From contig NC_000962.3 in the NCBI RefSeq assembly GCF_000195955.2, positions 930,001 to 962,000 of the forward strand: a DNA stretch of 32,000 nt, given 5' to 3'. Below, piece after piece: positions 1 to 7,988 of this stretch. The position numbers were made by a program, and so were the translations under genes. The stretch comes from Mycobacterium tuberculosis H37Rv (GTDB lineage: Bacteria; Actinomycetota; Actinomycetes; Mycobacteriales; Mycobacteriaceae). How positions within the stretch are numbered: the first letter of the stretch is position 1; each line of letters opens with the position of its first letter. The notes beneath the pieces are model-generated. The model worked only from the letters and a program-made list of their open reading frames with translations. It ran no database searches and had not been told where the DNA came from.

Positions 1-485
1 CCCCCGGCACCCCCGGTCTGCCCCGGAGCACCCGAACCGCCGTTGCCGCCGTTGCCCAACAACCAGCCTCCAGGCCCACCGGCCTCCCCGGTCCCCGGGG
101 CGCCGTTGGTGCCGTTGCCGATAAAAGGTCGGCCCGACAACGCGGCGGCGGGTGCATTGATGGCGCCTAGCAAGCCCTGCTCGAGGGTCTGCAACGGCGA
201 CGCGTTGGCCGCTTCGGCGGCCGCATAGGCGCCCATAGCCCCGGCCAGTGCCTGCACAAACCGGGCATGAAACGCCGCCGCCTGCGCGCTCATCGCCTGA
301 TACTGCTGACCGTGGCTGGAAAACAACGCCGCGATGGCCGCCGACACCTCATCGCCAGCAGCGGCCAACAGCCCGCTTGTCGGGACGGCGGCCGCCGCAT
401 TGGCAGCGGTCAGGGACGCGCCGATGCCTGCAAGATCCTCCGTGGCCATCGCCACCAAGTCCGGCGCTGCAATCACGAAAGACAT
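1..485 (-). CDS. PE_PGRS14: PE_PGRS family protein: N-terminal PE domain plus the first Gly-rich PGRS repeats. Only the 5' part is present; the gene continues past the left edge.
   Basis: The reverse complement from 485 reads [80 protein letters not shown]..., a canonical PE N-terminus. It continues ...[46 protein letters not shown] (rc of 492-497) lies 6 nt upstream of the ATG. It is absent from the ORF track because no stop lies inside the window. The symbol is from remembered synteny. Confidence 0.85.
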   Translation of the reverse strand, partial: MSFVIAAPDLVAMATEDLAGIGASLTAANAAAAVPTSGLLAAAGDEVSAAIAALFSSHGQQYQAMSAQAAAFHARFVQALAGAMGAYAAAEAANASPLQTLEQGLLGAINAPAAALSGRPFIGNGTNGAPGTGEAGGPGGWLLGNGGNGGSGAPGQTGGAG

Positions 486-952
486 CCGACACCTCCCAGC
501 TGGCCGGTGTGATCTGACTGTCGCCCATCGTTACGATACGCGCATATAGCGCCTACCGGGAGACGAAGTTGACACTCGTCAACATCCGATGGCCGCCGGA
601 GATCCGGCACGGCTCGGCGGTCGTTTGGGCGGGCGTTGGCCCCGCACGTTCGACAGATTCGACAAGTTCGTGCGCCTCGCGCAACGAGACAACCGGCGAC
701 GCCGCCTAAGGTCAAGGGCGGCGTGCGTTAGCACTTCCGTCACTCTTGTCAATTAGCCGCAGCAAACGCCAGTCGCCCGTACGATGGCGGCAACGGCGTC
801 GGCGGAGCGGTTTCCCGCTTGGCCAACGCCGAAGTCCCAGCATGACCGATCGCGGACGCCAGTCCGCAGAAGCCGGCTTATCGACAATGAGGCCAAAGAG
901 CTCAACCCGTCAGCGGACATGTGGCGCGCGCTGGCCAGTGTGGCGATCAGTC

Positions 953-1597
953 GTGTGTTGCTCCACTGCTGCCAAGTCGGCCGTCATCGTCTGCTGTGCG
1001 GCCATCGCGACCACGGCATGCTCGTTTCAAGCCACATCGACCCAGCCGAGCACCGCACCCCCGACATCGCGGGTCGATTCGTTGATCGTCAGCATCGAAG
1101 ACGTACGGCGCATCGCCAACTATGAGGAGCTCGCCGCACATTTTCAGACCGACTTGCGTGAACCGCCGGAGGCGGACACGAACGTTCCGGGCCCCTGTCG
1201 TGTGGTGGGCAGCAGTGATCGCACCTTCGGAACCGACTGGTCAGAGTTCCGTAGCGCGGGTTACCACGGCGTTACCGACGACCTCAGACCGGGCGGGCCG
1301 GTCATGGTCGAGACGGTTAGCCAGGCGATAGCGCTGTACCCGGACCCGAGTACGGCGCGCGGTGTGTTCCATCGGCTCGAGTCGTCGCTGGCAGAATGTG
1401 CTGGCTTGCATGACCCCTACTTCGATTTCATCCTCGACAGGCCGGACGCCTCCACCGTGAGGATCGGCGCTGCGGGTTGGAGTCATGTGTATCGCCTGAA
1501 ATCGTCGGTATTCATATCCGTTGGCGTGTTGGGTATTGAACCGGCAGAGCCGATCGCCAACGTCATCTTGCAGACGATCAGCGATCGCATCCAGTAG
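953..1597 (+). CDS. lpqQ: Putative lipoprotein LpqQ
   Basis: This is the 3' part of track ORF 746..1597. A GTG at 953 gives (M)CCSTAAKSAVIVCCAAIATTAC|S, i.e. a signal peptide ending in a lipobox-like Cys. An alternative ATG at 887 would give an unusually long signal. The far upstream part is Arg-rich and unlikely to be coding. The start is uncertain. Confidence 0.7.
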   Translation: MCCSTAAKSAVIVCCAAIATTACSFQATSTQPSTAPPTSRVDSLIVSIEDVRRIANYEELAAHFQTDLREPPEADTNVPGPCRVVGSSDRTFGTDWSEFRSAGYHGVTDDLRPGGPVMVETVSQAIALYPDPSTARGVFHRLESSLAECAGLHDPYFDFILDRPDASTVRIGAAGWSHVYRLKSSVFISVGVLGIEPAEPIANVILQTISDRIQ

Positions 1598-2129
1598 TTA
1601 GCCGAGGACTGGAAAGCAGCAGCGGCGGCGACGAGCGCAGCGTGTTGAGGGCTGTTGACGCCACGACGCCCACCGTTGCGAAGAAGAAGGCGAGAAGCGT
1701 CGCTTCGGCACCGACTGCTGTCACCGCAACCGAGCTGTAACTACGGGGATCTATTGGATGCGAGGCGTAATCAAGCAGCGTGGCGATGGGTCTGGTGTCC
1801 ACCGCAAAGGAGAAGACATGCCATATGGGGGAAAGCTTGACCCACGAGAGCGCTGTCCCGAACAACTCGGTGCCTGTCAGAAGGATCAGCGCACTGGCCG
1901 CTATCCAGGCCGTCAGGCGTGCCGGGGATATCACGACGCCGAATGTCTTTCGTTGGTTATCCCAGACTGTCGAGCGACGTTGTTTTTGCACTGAACGTCG
2001 AATCTTCTGAGACTGCCGCCGCTTTCGCCGGCGCCAAGTCTCGGGCTTACTTAACCAGGCGAGCCGCCACCGTACGACAGTCGCAGTCGCTAAGACTTGC
2101 TGCTGCATCCAACTCGTGGCGGCCTTCAT
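1578..2129 (-). CDS. Candidate hypothetical small membrane protein. The real start may be the internal GTG at 1934, giving ~118 aa.
   Basis: Track ORF of 183 aa. The C-terminal part has two hydrophobic stretches (LTAWIAASALILLTGTELFGTAL and AVTAVGAEATLLAFFFATVGVVASTAL). My hand count gives about 67-76% G/C at codon position 3 there, against ~59% in the Arg/Lys-rich N-terminal third. I recognise no family. It lies in a lower-GC 680-bp gap. Confidence 0.25.
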   Translation of the reverse strand: MKAATSWMQQQVLATATVVRWRLAWLSKPETWRRRKRRQSQKIRRSVQKQRRSTVWDNQRKTFGVVISPARLTAWIAASALILLTGTELFGTALSWVKLSPIWHVFSFAVDTRPIATLLDYASHPIDPRSYSSVAVTAVGAEATLLAFFFATVGVVASTALNTLRSSPPLLLSSPRLTTGCDR

Positions 2130-2226
2130 TGATCCCGACTACCACCCTGCCTAACCAATTCTGTATGACGCGCCGTTTGAGAACGTACATTTGTGATTGC
2201 GGTTCGCATTTAGGAGCCCGGCGTGA

Positions 2227-2252
2227 GCTGGTCGAGTAACGCCTCGACCAGC
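2227..2252 (-). terminator. Perfect 10-bp stem / 6-nt loop hairpin 27 nt downstream of the menT2 stop; a candidate factor-independent terminator with no U-tract.
   Basis: GCTGGTCGAG (2227-2236), loop taacgc, CTCGACCAGC (2243-2252). The two arms are exact reverse complements. Confidence 0.45.
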
Positions 2253-2278
2253 GGGCGCCGCGAAGCTGTGGTGGTGGG

Positions 2279-3025
2279 CTAGCCCGGTCGACCCACGGCG
2301 AAGTGCTGGGCCAGCAGGTCGTGGTCGGCCTGTGTGGCGCGCGTCGCCAGCACGGCGGCCTCCGGTGCGCTGACACTGGCGCGCATGTCGTGGCCGAGCA
2401 GCGCGGCAGCGGCGGTGCGTAGGTCGAAGTCGTGACGGCGTAGCGCCCACTGGTCTGGTTTGGCGTAAAGCCGGTCGAGGTCGCCGGCGTACCAGTGCAC
2501 CACCAAGGCCAGATCTGGGCCGTCTTTGTAGTCGTGGTCCGCGGACCGATCGAGCCATGCGTGCAGTTTGAGGACCGCATAGTTCGGCGGTTGGGGAAGG
2601 TGGACTGTCAGGCCGCCAGGGAGAGGCAGAACATCGGCACGCAGGTAGGCGTCGGTGCATCCGTGGACGTTCATGAGCTGGTTGCCTGGGGGATGGCGGG
2701 TTGTGCCGGTGGGCGACTCCACCTCGCCGAACGGGAGGGCATCGACGGCGCGGTCGGCGATCAGGAATCGGTGCCCGGTGCTGCCCAGGGCGCGGAAGGT
2801 GGCCCGAATTGCCTCGAAGTGGTCCCAATTGTTCAGGGTCCCTGCGATATCGGTGTCGTTGGTGGCCCGCGGCGGCACCCCGCGGCAGAAGCGCCAGTGC
2901 AGTAGATCGCGGCACTGTGCCCCGACGAGCATCAGCTGTTCAGCCGGCACGACGTCGGCAAGTGCTGTGACGATCGGTGTCACCCAGGCCAGGAGGACCG
3001 GGTCATAATCGGGCGAGTCGCTCAT
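2279..3025 (-). CDS. menT2: Nucleotidyltransferase toxin, AbiEii/DUF1814-like (MenT2)
   Basis: Track ORF of 248 aa. It has the NTase signature ...LMLVGAQCRDLL-x13-RATNDTDIA (G-[AS]...D-x-D). It follows and overlaps the upstream regulator-like gene by 23 nt. An alternative start at Met32 (2932) gives 217 aa but removes the helix that normally precedes the NTase beta-strand. The MenT2 name is from memory of the MenAT1-4 nomenclature. Confidence 0.8.
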   Translation of the reverse strand: MSDSPDYDPVLLAWVTPIVTALADVVPAEQLMLVGAQCRDLLHWRFCRGVPPRATNDTDIAGTLNNWDHFEAIRATFRALGSTGHRFLIADRAVDALPFGEVESPTGTTRHPPGNQLMNVHGCTDAYLRADVLPLPGGLTVHLPQPPNYAVLKLHAWLDRSADHDYKDGPDLALVVHWYAGDLDRLYAKPDQWALRRHDFDLRTAAAALLGHDMRASVSAPEAAVLATRATQADHDLLAQHFAVGRPG

Positions 3026-4031
3026 CCTGCCTTCTCATGAGGTGGGCGACTTCGACCTGGCGCGGCTCGCGCGAGGCAAGGAGGTCGGCATAGATCAAGG
3101 CCGTGGGAGCCAACCCCGGTTGCTCGTCAGGTAGGTTGCGCCAGAATAGCTTTCGGATCACGATGCTGCCGTGTGGGTCGCGGTGCCAGCGGTTGTGTAT
3201 AAGCAGGTCGGCGGGTAGCCCGGGCGCTGGGGTGTCGACGTAGAGCATCAGTGATTCGGGATTGCGGATTTCGTCGGGCAGGGCCTGTTCCCCGCTGACC
3301 GCCACTGCGAGTCCGTCGGGTGCGGACCACGTGTGGATATCACCACTGGCGACCAGGAGTTTGTTGGCCCGGCCCAGACCCCCCGGATAGGCAGCCGCCC
3401 ACAGGTCCAGCAGCTCATCGGTGCGCACCAGCCTGCGGCGGGAGCCGAGGTGTTCGAAGAAGCCGGTAGTGCGCAACGTATCCATCGTCTCCTTGGCCAT
3501 ACCGACCGAGACGCCGGCGCTCGCGGCGATCGCACGCAGCGGCGCGTCGACCAGTTGCGGTGCGTCAAGCAGTACGCAGACAACCTGCGCGCGCTTGGGG
3601 GTAAACGGGTTACGCGGTCCATCGCTGTGCAGTCCGTCACCGAGGGTGCCCGGTTGTGCGGACACAGCTGACCGTCGGCCGCGCACGTCGATGAGCAGGC
3701 CACCCTGGTGCCGCAAATAAGCGTTCCCAGCTCCGTCGATGTACCAGAGTCCGCGAGCCCGCAGCGTTTCAGCGCTCGACGGATGCAGACGCGGGCCCAC
3801 CACAAGCAGCGGCGAACCAGCGCCGGCGGTATCCCAGGCCTGCAGTGCTGCCGTTGCCGACAGGTGAGGAAGGTAGAGGGCAGTGATCGTGAGGGGGTGA
3901 GCGTCGATCTCAAGGTCTAGTGATTCGGGATGCGCGGAGTTCAATGCTGATAGGCCACCGAGCACCCGCACTCCGTATTCGGTGAGGTGACGCTCGACGG
4001 CCTCAGCGAGGTCAGCCCCGATCTGATCCAT
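3003..4031 (-). CDS. menA2: Cognate antitoxin / transcriptional regulator of the NTase toxin, AbiEi-like (MenA2)
   Basis: Track ORF of 342 aa, immediately upstream of menT2 and overlapping it. It contains an HTH-like segment (LRAIAASAGVSVGMAKETMDTLRTTGF). An AT-rich repeat operator lies directly upstream. The name is from memory. Confidence 0.75.
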   Translation of the reverse strand: MDQIGADLAEAVERHLTEYGVRVLGGLSALNSAHPESLDLEIDAHPLTITALYLPHLSATAALQAWDTAGAGSPLLVVGPRLHPSSAETLRARGLWYIDGAGNAYLRHQGGLLIDVRGRRSAVSAQPGTLGDGLHSDGPRNPFTPKRAQVVCVLLDAPQLVDAPLRAIAASAGVSVGMAKETMDTLRTTGFFEHLGSRRRLVRTDELLDLWAAAYPGGLGRANKLLVASGDIHTWSAPDGLAVAVSGEQALPDEIRNPESLMLYVDTPAPGLPADLLIHNRWHRDPHGSIVIRKLFWRNLPDEQPGLAPTALIYADLLASREPRQVEVAHLMRRQDERLARL

Positions 4032-4032
4032 G

Positions 4033-4087
4033 CGTTCAGTATATCCGTACGTTCAGTTTTATTGAACATAATGATTTATTGAACATA
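4033..4087 (-). promoter_or_regulatory. Predicted menA2 promoter and operator: four GTTCA/TGAAC half-sites symmetric about position 4059, overlapping a TATACT -10 box placed for a leaderless transcript.
   Basis: On the + strand, GTTCA is at 4034-4038 and 4051-4055, and TGAAC is at 4063-4067 and 4080-4084. The 13-bp direct repeat tttattgaacata is at 4058-4070 and 4075-4087, and cgttcagt is at 4033-4040 and 4050-4057; both have 17-bp spacing. The gene-sense strand reads ...GGATATACTGAACGCATG, so TATACT occupies -12..-7 relative to the A of the ATG. Confidence 0.5.
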
Positions 4088-4719
4088 TCAGGTCGGAGCT
4101 GGTCGACTTGGAAGGTGTAGCGGTATCCGAGTCGCACTCACTGCCTCCTGCCATGACTCACCCCAAGGGTGCAGGTTGTGCGGCAGTCTGATGAGTTGCC
4201 GCAGCATCGTTGCCGCGGCCTCCTCGTTGCCTGTCTGAAACCTCGTCTGCAGTCGAGGGGTGGTCAGCACGCGCCGGGCCAGACGGACTGGTCTACTGCG
4301 CCAAAGCTTGTCGCTGCGCTTGGAGGTCAGGCCGAGCAGGCGCGAGGAACGACGAACCCAACAAGCCATGGTGGTTGGCGCCGTCGAGAGGTCGGCGGTC
4401 GCCACAACGGGAAGATCGCCTTGAGCGTCGCTCGACCGCCGCCTCGAGTTGGGTCATAACGAAGTAGCTGATGCCGATCATGTCGACGTTTCCGTCGCAT
4501 CAGCGTGCAGCGGCGACCCACTCGACGAGGTCTCGGTGCCGCCGCGGCCAGGGCACCAGCAGTGACGAGTCCAGGCGCCGTCGGGCCAAGCAGTCGCGGT
4601 GCCAGCCGTGGTGGGTCGGGCGATGGTTGGGTGTGCTCATTTCGGGAACGCCAGGGCGATCAGCGTCGGCAAACTCGCGTCGATGTGCCCGCGGCGCAAC
4701 AATCCGCGACAATGATCGG

Positions 4720-5490
4720 GTGCGTCTGATCGGGCGGCTCCGTCTGCTCATGGTGGGGCTGGTCGTCATCTGCGGGGCTTGCGCATGTGACCGCGTGTCG
4801 GCCGGCCGTTGGTCCGAGTCGCCGAGTGCGACCTCGTGGCCCGTCCGGCCGGTAAACACCACAACGCCATCCGGTCCTGTGCCGCCAGTCAGCGAGGCGG
4901 CGCGGGCAGCCGGGTTGGTCGATGTTCGCGGTGTTGTTCCCGATGCCGCCATCGACCTGCGCTACGCGACGGCGAACAATTTCACCGGCACACAGCTGTA
5001 CCCGCCCGGGGCAAGATGCCTGGTGCACGAGTCCATGGCCGAGGGTCTCGCGGCCGCCGCGGCGGTGCTGCGCCCACACGGGCAGGTGCTGGTCTTCTGG
5101 GACTGCTATCGGCCCCACGACGTTCAGGTCAGGATGTTCGATGTGGTCCCCAACCCGGCCTGGGTGGCGCGGCCGGGCAAGTACGCGCATAGCCATGAGG
5201 CGGGGCGTTCGGTCGATGTGACGTTTGCCAGCGCTCAGCGGCAGTGCCCATCAGTGCGGCGATCCGGCGAATTGTGCCTGGCCGACATGGGCACCGACTT
5301 CGACGACTTTTCTTCGCGGGCGACAGCGTTTGCAACGCAGGGCGTCAGTGCTGAGGCCCAGGCCAACCGTGCCCACCTGCGAGCCGCCATGCAGGCCGGG
5401 GGGTTGACGGTGTACTCCGGTGAGTGGTGGCATTTCGACGGCCCCGGCGCCGGCGTCGATCGCCCGATTCTCGAAGTGCCAGTTGACTGA
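4720..5490 (+). CDS. lpqR: Lipoprotein LpqR, VanX-type D-alanyl-D-alanine dipeptidase (peptidase M15D)
   Basis: A GTG at 4720 inside track ORF 4471..5490 gives VRLIGRLRLLMVGLVVICGACAC, a signal peptide with a lipobox-like end. The zinc and catalytic motifs match VanX: H-S-H-E-A-G-R-S-V-D (His..Gly..Asp spacing as in VanX SRHSRGSAID) and C-terminal GEWWHF. Confidence 0.85.
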   Translation: MRLIGRLRLLMVGLVVICGACACDRVSAGRWSESPSATSWPVRPVNTTTPSGPVPPVSEAARAAGLVDVRGVVPDAAIDLRYATANNFTGTQLYPPGARCLVHESMAEGLAAAAAVLRPHGQVLVFWDCYRPHDVQVRMFDVVPNPAWVARPGKYAHSHEAGRSVDVTFASAQRQCPSVRRSGELCLADMGTDFDDFSSRATAFATQGVSAEAQANRAHLRAAMQAGGLTVYSGEWWHFDGPGAGVDRPILEVPVD

Positions 5491-5576
5491 CGTCTCATAT
5501 AGTGAAATAAATGTCCACTATTTGGGCGCAGTGGCGGTAGGCTTTGAGCCGAACACCTCGACCATGGGACCGCACG

Positions 5577-6389
5577 GTGAACGACAAACGTCGGGCGATT
5601 TATACGCACGGATATCACGAGTCGGTGCTGCGCAGTCACCGGCGACGCACTGCGGAAAACTCCGCCGGCTACCTGCTGCCCTACTTGGTGCCGGGGTTGT
5701 CGGTGCTCGACGTCGGTTGCGGCCCCGGGACGATCACCGTCGACCTCGCCGCTCGGGTCGTGCCGGGATCCGTGACCGGCGTCGAGCCAACCGATGACGC
5801 CTTAAGCCTGGCCCGCGCCGAGGCCCAGCTGCACCGCCTGTCAAACATTTCGTTCACCACTTCCGACGTGCATAAGCTCGACTTCCCTGACGACGCGTTC
5901 GATGTCGTCCACGCACACCAGGTGCTGCAGCACGTCGCCGATCCGGTACGGGCACTACAGGAGATGAGGCGGGTGTGTACACCAGGCGGCATCGTCGCAG
6001 CTCGCGATGCCGACTATTCGGGGTTCATCTGGTTCCCGAAGCTTCCGGCGCTGGACCGGTGGTTGGACCTTTATGAACGGGCGGCTCGAGCCAACGGCGG
6101 CGAACCGGATGCCGGCCGGCGGCTGCTGTCCTGGGCCCGTGCGGCAGGATTCGACGACGTCACGCCGACGGCCAGTGTCTGGTGTTTCGCGACGGCCTCG
6201 GCCCGCGAATGGTGGGGCCTAGTGTGGGCCGACCGGATTCTGCAATCCGATCTGGCTCACCAGCTGGTGGATTCGGGTCTGGCCACTGCCGCGCAACTCG
6301 AGGAGATCTCCACGGCGTGGCGAGAGTGGGCCGCGGCCCCGGACGGTTGGCTGGCGATACCCCACGGTGAAATCCTTTGCCGGGCATAA
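5577..6389 (+). CDS. Class I SAM-dependent methyltransferase (UbiE/COQ5-like)
   Basis: Track ORF 5544..6389. Motif I is VLDVGCGPGTITVDLA, and the acidic post-I and motif II regions are present. The start is either GTG 5577 or 5544. Confidence 0.85.
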   Translation: MNDKRRAIYTHGYHESVLRSHRRRTAENSAGYLLPYLVPGLSVLDVGCGPGTITVDLAARVVPGSVTGVEPTDDALSLARAEAQLHRLSNISFTTSDVHKLDFPDDAFDVVHAHQVLQHVADPVRALQEMRRVCTPGGIVAARDADYSGFIWFPKLPALDRWLDLYERAARANGGEPDAGRRLLSWARAAGFDDVTPTASVWCFATASAREWWGLVWADRILQSDLAHQLVDSGLATAAQLEEISTAWREWAAAPDGWLAIPHGEILCRA

Positions 6390-6400
6390 ACTCAGGCACA

Positions 6401-6417
6401 CGCGCGAGGCTCGCGCG
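6401..6417. terminator. Short GC hairpin between the convergent methyltransferase and pip genes
   Basis: CGCGCGA ggc TCGCGCG (7-bp arms, 3-nt loop), followed by gttggttg. It starts 12 nt after the methyltransferase stop. Confidence 0.35.
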
Positions 6418-6456
6418 GTTGGTTGCCGACGACGGGCAGGACGTGGCCCGGCGAGA

Positions 6457-7317
6457 TCAAATATCGTGCAGCCGAAGGAATTCACGCATCACCCGGTCGA
6501 ATCGCGCCGGCTCTTCGATGAACGGCATGTGGGAACTGGACTCGAAGAATTCCAATCGCGAGCCCGCAATCCGGCCCTGCATTTCTCGCATGTGCTCAGG
6601 CGAACATTCGTCGAAACGGCCCACCACCAGCAAGGTCGGCACCGCGATGTCGGCCAACCGGTCGACGACGTCCCAGTCTCGAACATTCCCAACGATGCGA
6701 AAGTCGCTGGGCCCAAACATCGTCTCGAAGATCTCGGTTCCCATGTTGGCGAATGCTTCCGTGAGTTCCCGGGGCCAGGGGCGGGTGCGGCACAGATAAG
6801 TCTCGTTCCAGGTTCTGATCGCGGCCTGGTATTCGGCGGAATGGGTGGTGCCGGCCGCCTCGTGACGGTCAATTGCCGAGCGAGTTGCCACGTCCAAGCA
6901 CGACTTCAAGCTGACCAGACTGGCCGAAAATTCGGGTATCGAAGCCGTGCTGTTCGCGATGGTCAGACTGACGGCGTCAGGCGCCTTGTCGAGCACGTAC
7001 TGCTGTGCCAGCATCCCACCCCACGAATGGCTGAAGATGTGAAAGCGGGTAAGGGCAAGGGCTTCCGCCACGGTTGCCATCTCGGCCACTGAGCGGTTCA
7101 TCGTCCAAAGGTCTACGTCTGACGGACATGCGGAATTTCCGCAACCGAGCTGGTCCCAGAAGATGACCTCCCGCTCATCAGACAACCGTCGCAGTGGGGC
7201 CAAGTAGTTGTGCGGCAAGCCCGGCCCACCGTGCACTACAAGCAGCGGACGACCAGGACCGCCACCAATCCGCTGGAACCAGACGCGTCCACCCGGGACC
7301 GCGATTGTCCCCTCCAC
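6457..7317 (-). CDS. pip: Proline iminopeptidase (alpha/beta hydrolase, S33 family)
   Basis: This is the 3' part of track ORF 6457..7698. A GTG at 7317 gives VEGTIAVPGGRVWFQRIGGGPGRPLLVVHGGPGLPHNY (HGGPG motif). The nucleophile elbow is SHSWGG. The upstream 127 codons are Arg/His-rich and non-homologous. Confidence 0.85.
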   Translation of the reverse strand: MEGTIAVPGGRVWFQRIGGGPGRPLLVVHGGPGLPHNYLAPLRRLSDEREVIFWDQLGCGNSACPSDVDLWTMNRSVAEMATVAEALALTRFHIFSHSWGGMLAQQYVLDKAPDAVSLTIANSTASIPEFSASLVSLKSCLDVATRSAIDRHEAAGTTHSAEYQAAIRTWNETYLCRTRPWPRELTEAFANMGTEIFETMFGPSDFRIVGNVRDWDVVDRLADIAVPTLLVVGRFDECSPEHMREMQGRIAGSRLEFFESSSHMPFIEEPARFDRVMREFLRLHDI

Positions 7318-7497
7318 TTGACCTCCGATTTCGGTTGACCAACAGACGCAGAATCGCACATTCGCCCCTTCGGGGGAGTGCGAGTTTGCGTCGCCTCGCC
7401 GGGCATGTCGGTCAGCGATGGCGCGGTCGAGACCAGACGGCCCGAGGCGGTTTGGGTGGATCGACAGTATCGGTCGCGCAGTTACCGGCGGACTCGG

Positions 7498-7835
7498 CTT
7501 CTGCTGGCCGGCCGGTCGGGTGTGCCCGTGCATACCGCTCTCGGCTTCACCGTGGCTGTGGCCGTGTGCACACCGGGTGAGACGCCCGGTTCGTGGTTGC
7601 GGCCAGCATCGTGCACCACAGCGCTGCGCCGGCCAACCGCGGTCGCTACCACGGAATCTGGTCGATGACCCCTGTAGTTGCTTCGGTGGTTGTGCCAATC
7701 ATGGCTTCCTACGGCCCGATTCATGGTGCTCATCTCTTGGCCGCGGTGGTCGTGGGGTCGGCCGGTGCCGCGCTGTGCCTGCCGTTGGCGCGGGCCCTGC
7801 GCCGACCGACCCCCAGTGCAATGACGACGGATTGA
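7498..7835 (+). pseudogene. Decayed partial duplicate of the 3' end of the adjacent MFS transporter gene. It includes the 80-aa ORF 7593..7835.
   Basis: ORF 7593..7835 (..IVHHSAAPANRGRYHGIWSMTPVVAS..AALCLPLARAL) parallels the C-terminus of the 8076..9404 protein (..IVHRIAPPAHGGRYHGIWSMAVAAS..AALCLPLARVL). Upstream homology continues in another frame: LGFTVAVAVCTPGE against VGFSVAAAACSPGE. There is a 1-nt deletion (ccgggtgagacgcccggttcgtgg versus ccgggcgagattgcctggttcgtgg) and a ~27-bp deletion. Confidence 0.6.
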
Positions 7836-7988
7836 CGGTGCGGAGCCCGGGGATGTGCTGAGGGCACCAATGTGGTGAAAGTTGCACGCAAGCAGCACAA
7901 TCGGAGCCCAGAATGGGCACTGGGCGCAGAACCCGAGCCGCAGAAGTAATGTGCTGGAGGGGTTACTGCAGCAACCACACCCCCGGGT

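Noticed and set aside
568-724. Small palindromes in the PE_PGRS/lpqQ divergent region: GTTGAC-actc-GTCAAC at 568-583, and an 8-bp GC hairpin at 699-724.
   Set aside because: They are short enough to arise by chance in ~470 bp. I could not place a convincing -10 box at the right distance, so I make no functional claim.
4088-4719. A 630-bp gap between menA2 and lpqR with 60-105-aa ORFs on both strands, plus the 83-codon upstream extension of the lpqR ORF.
   Set aside because: I found no motif, no hydrophobic pattern and no repeat or hairpin that I could verify. The products are Arg-rich and low-complexity. I leave it as unexplained intergenic DNA rather than calling a gene or sRNA.
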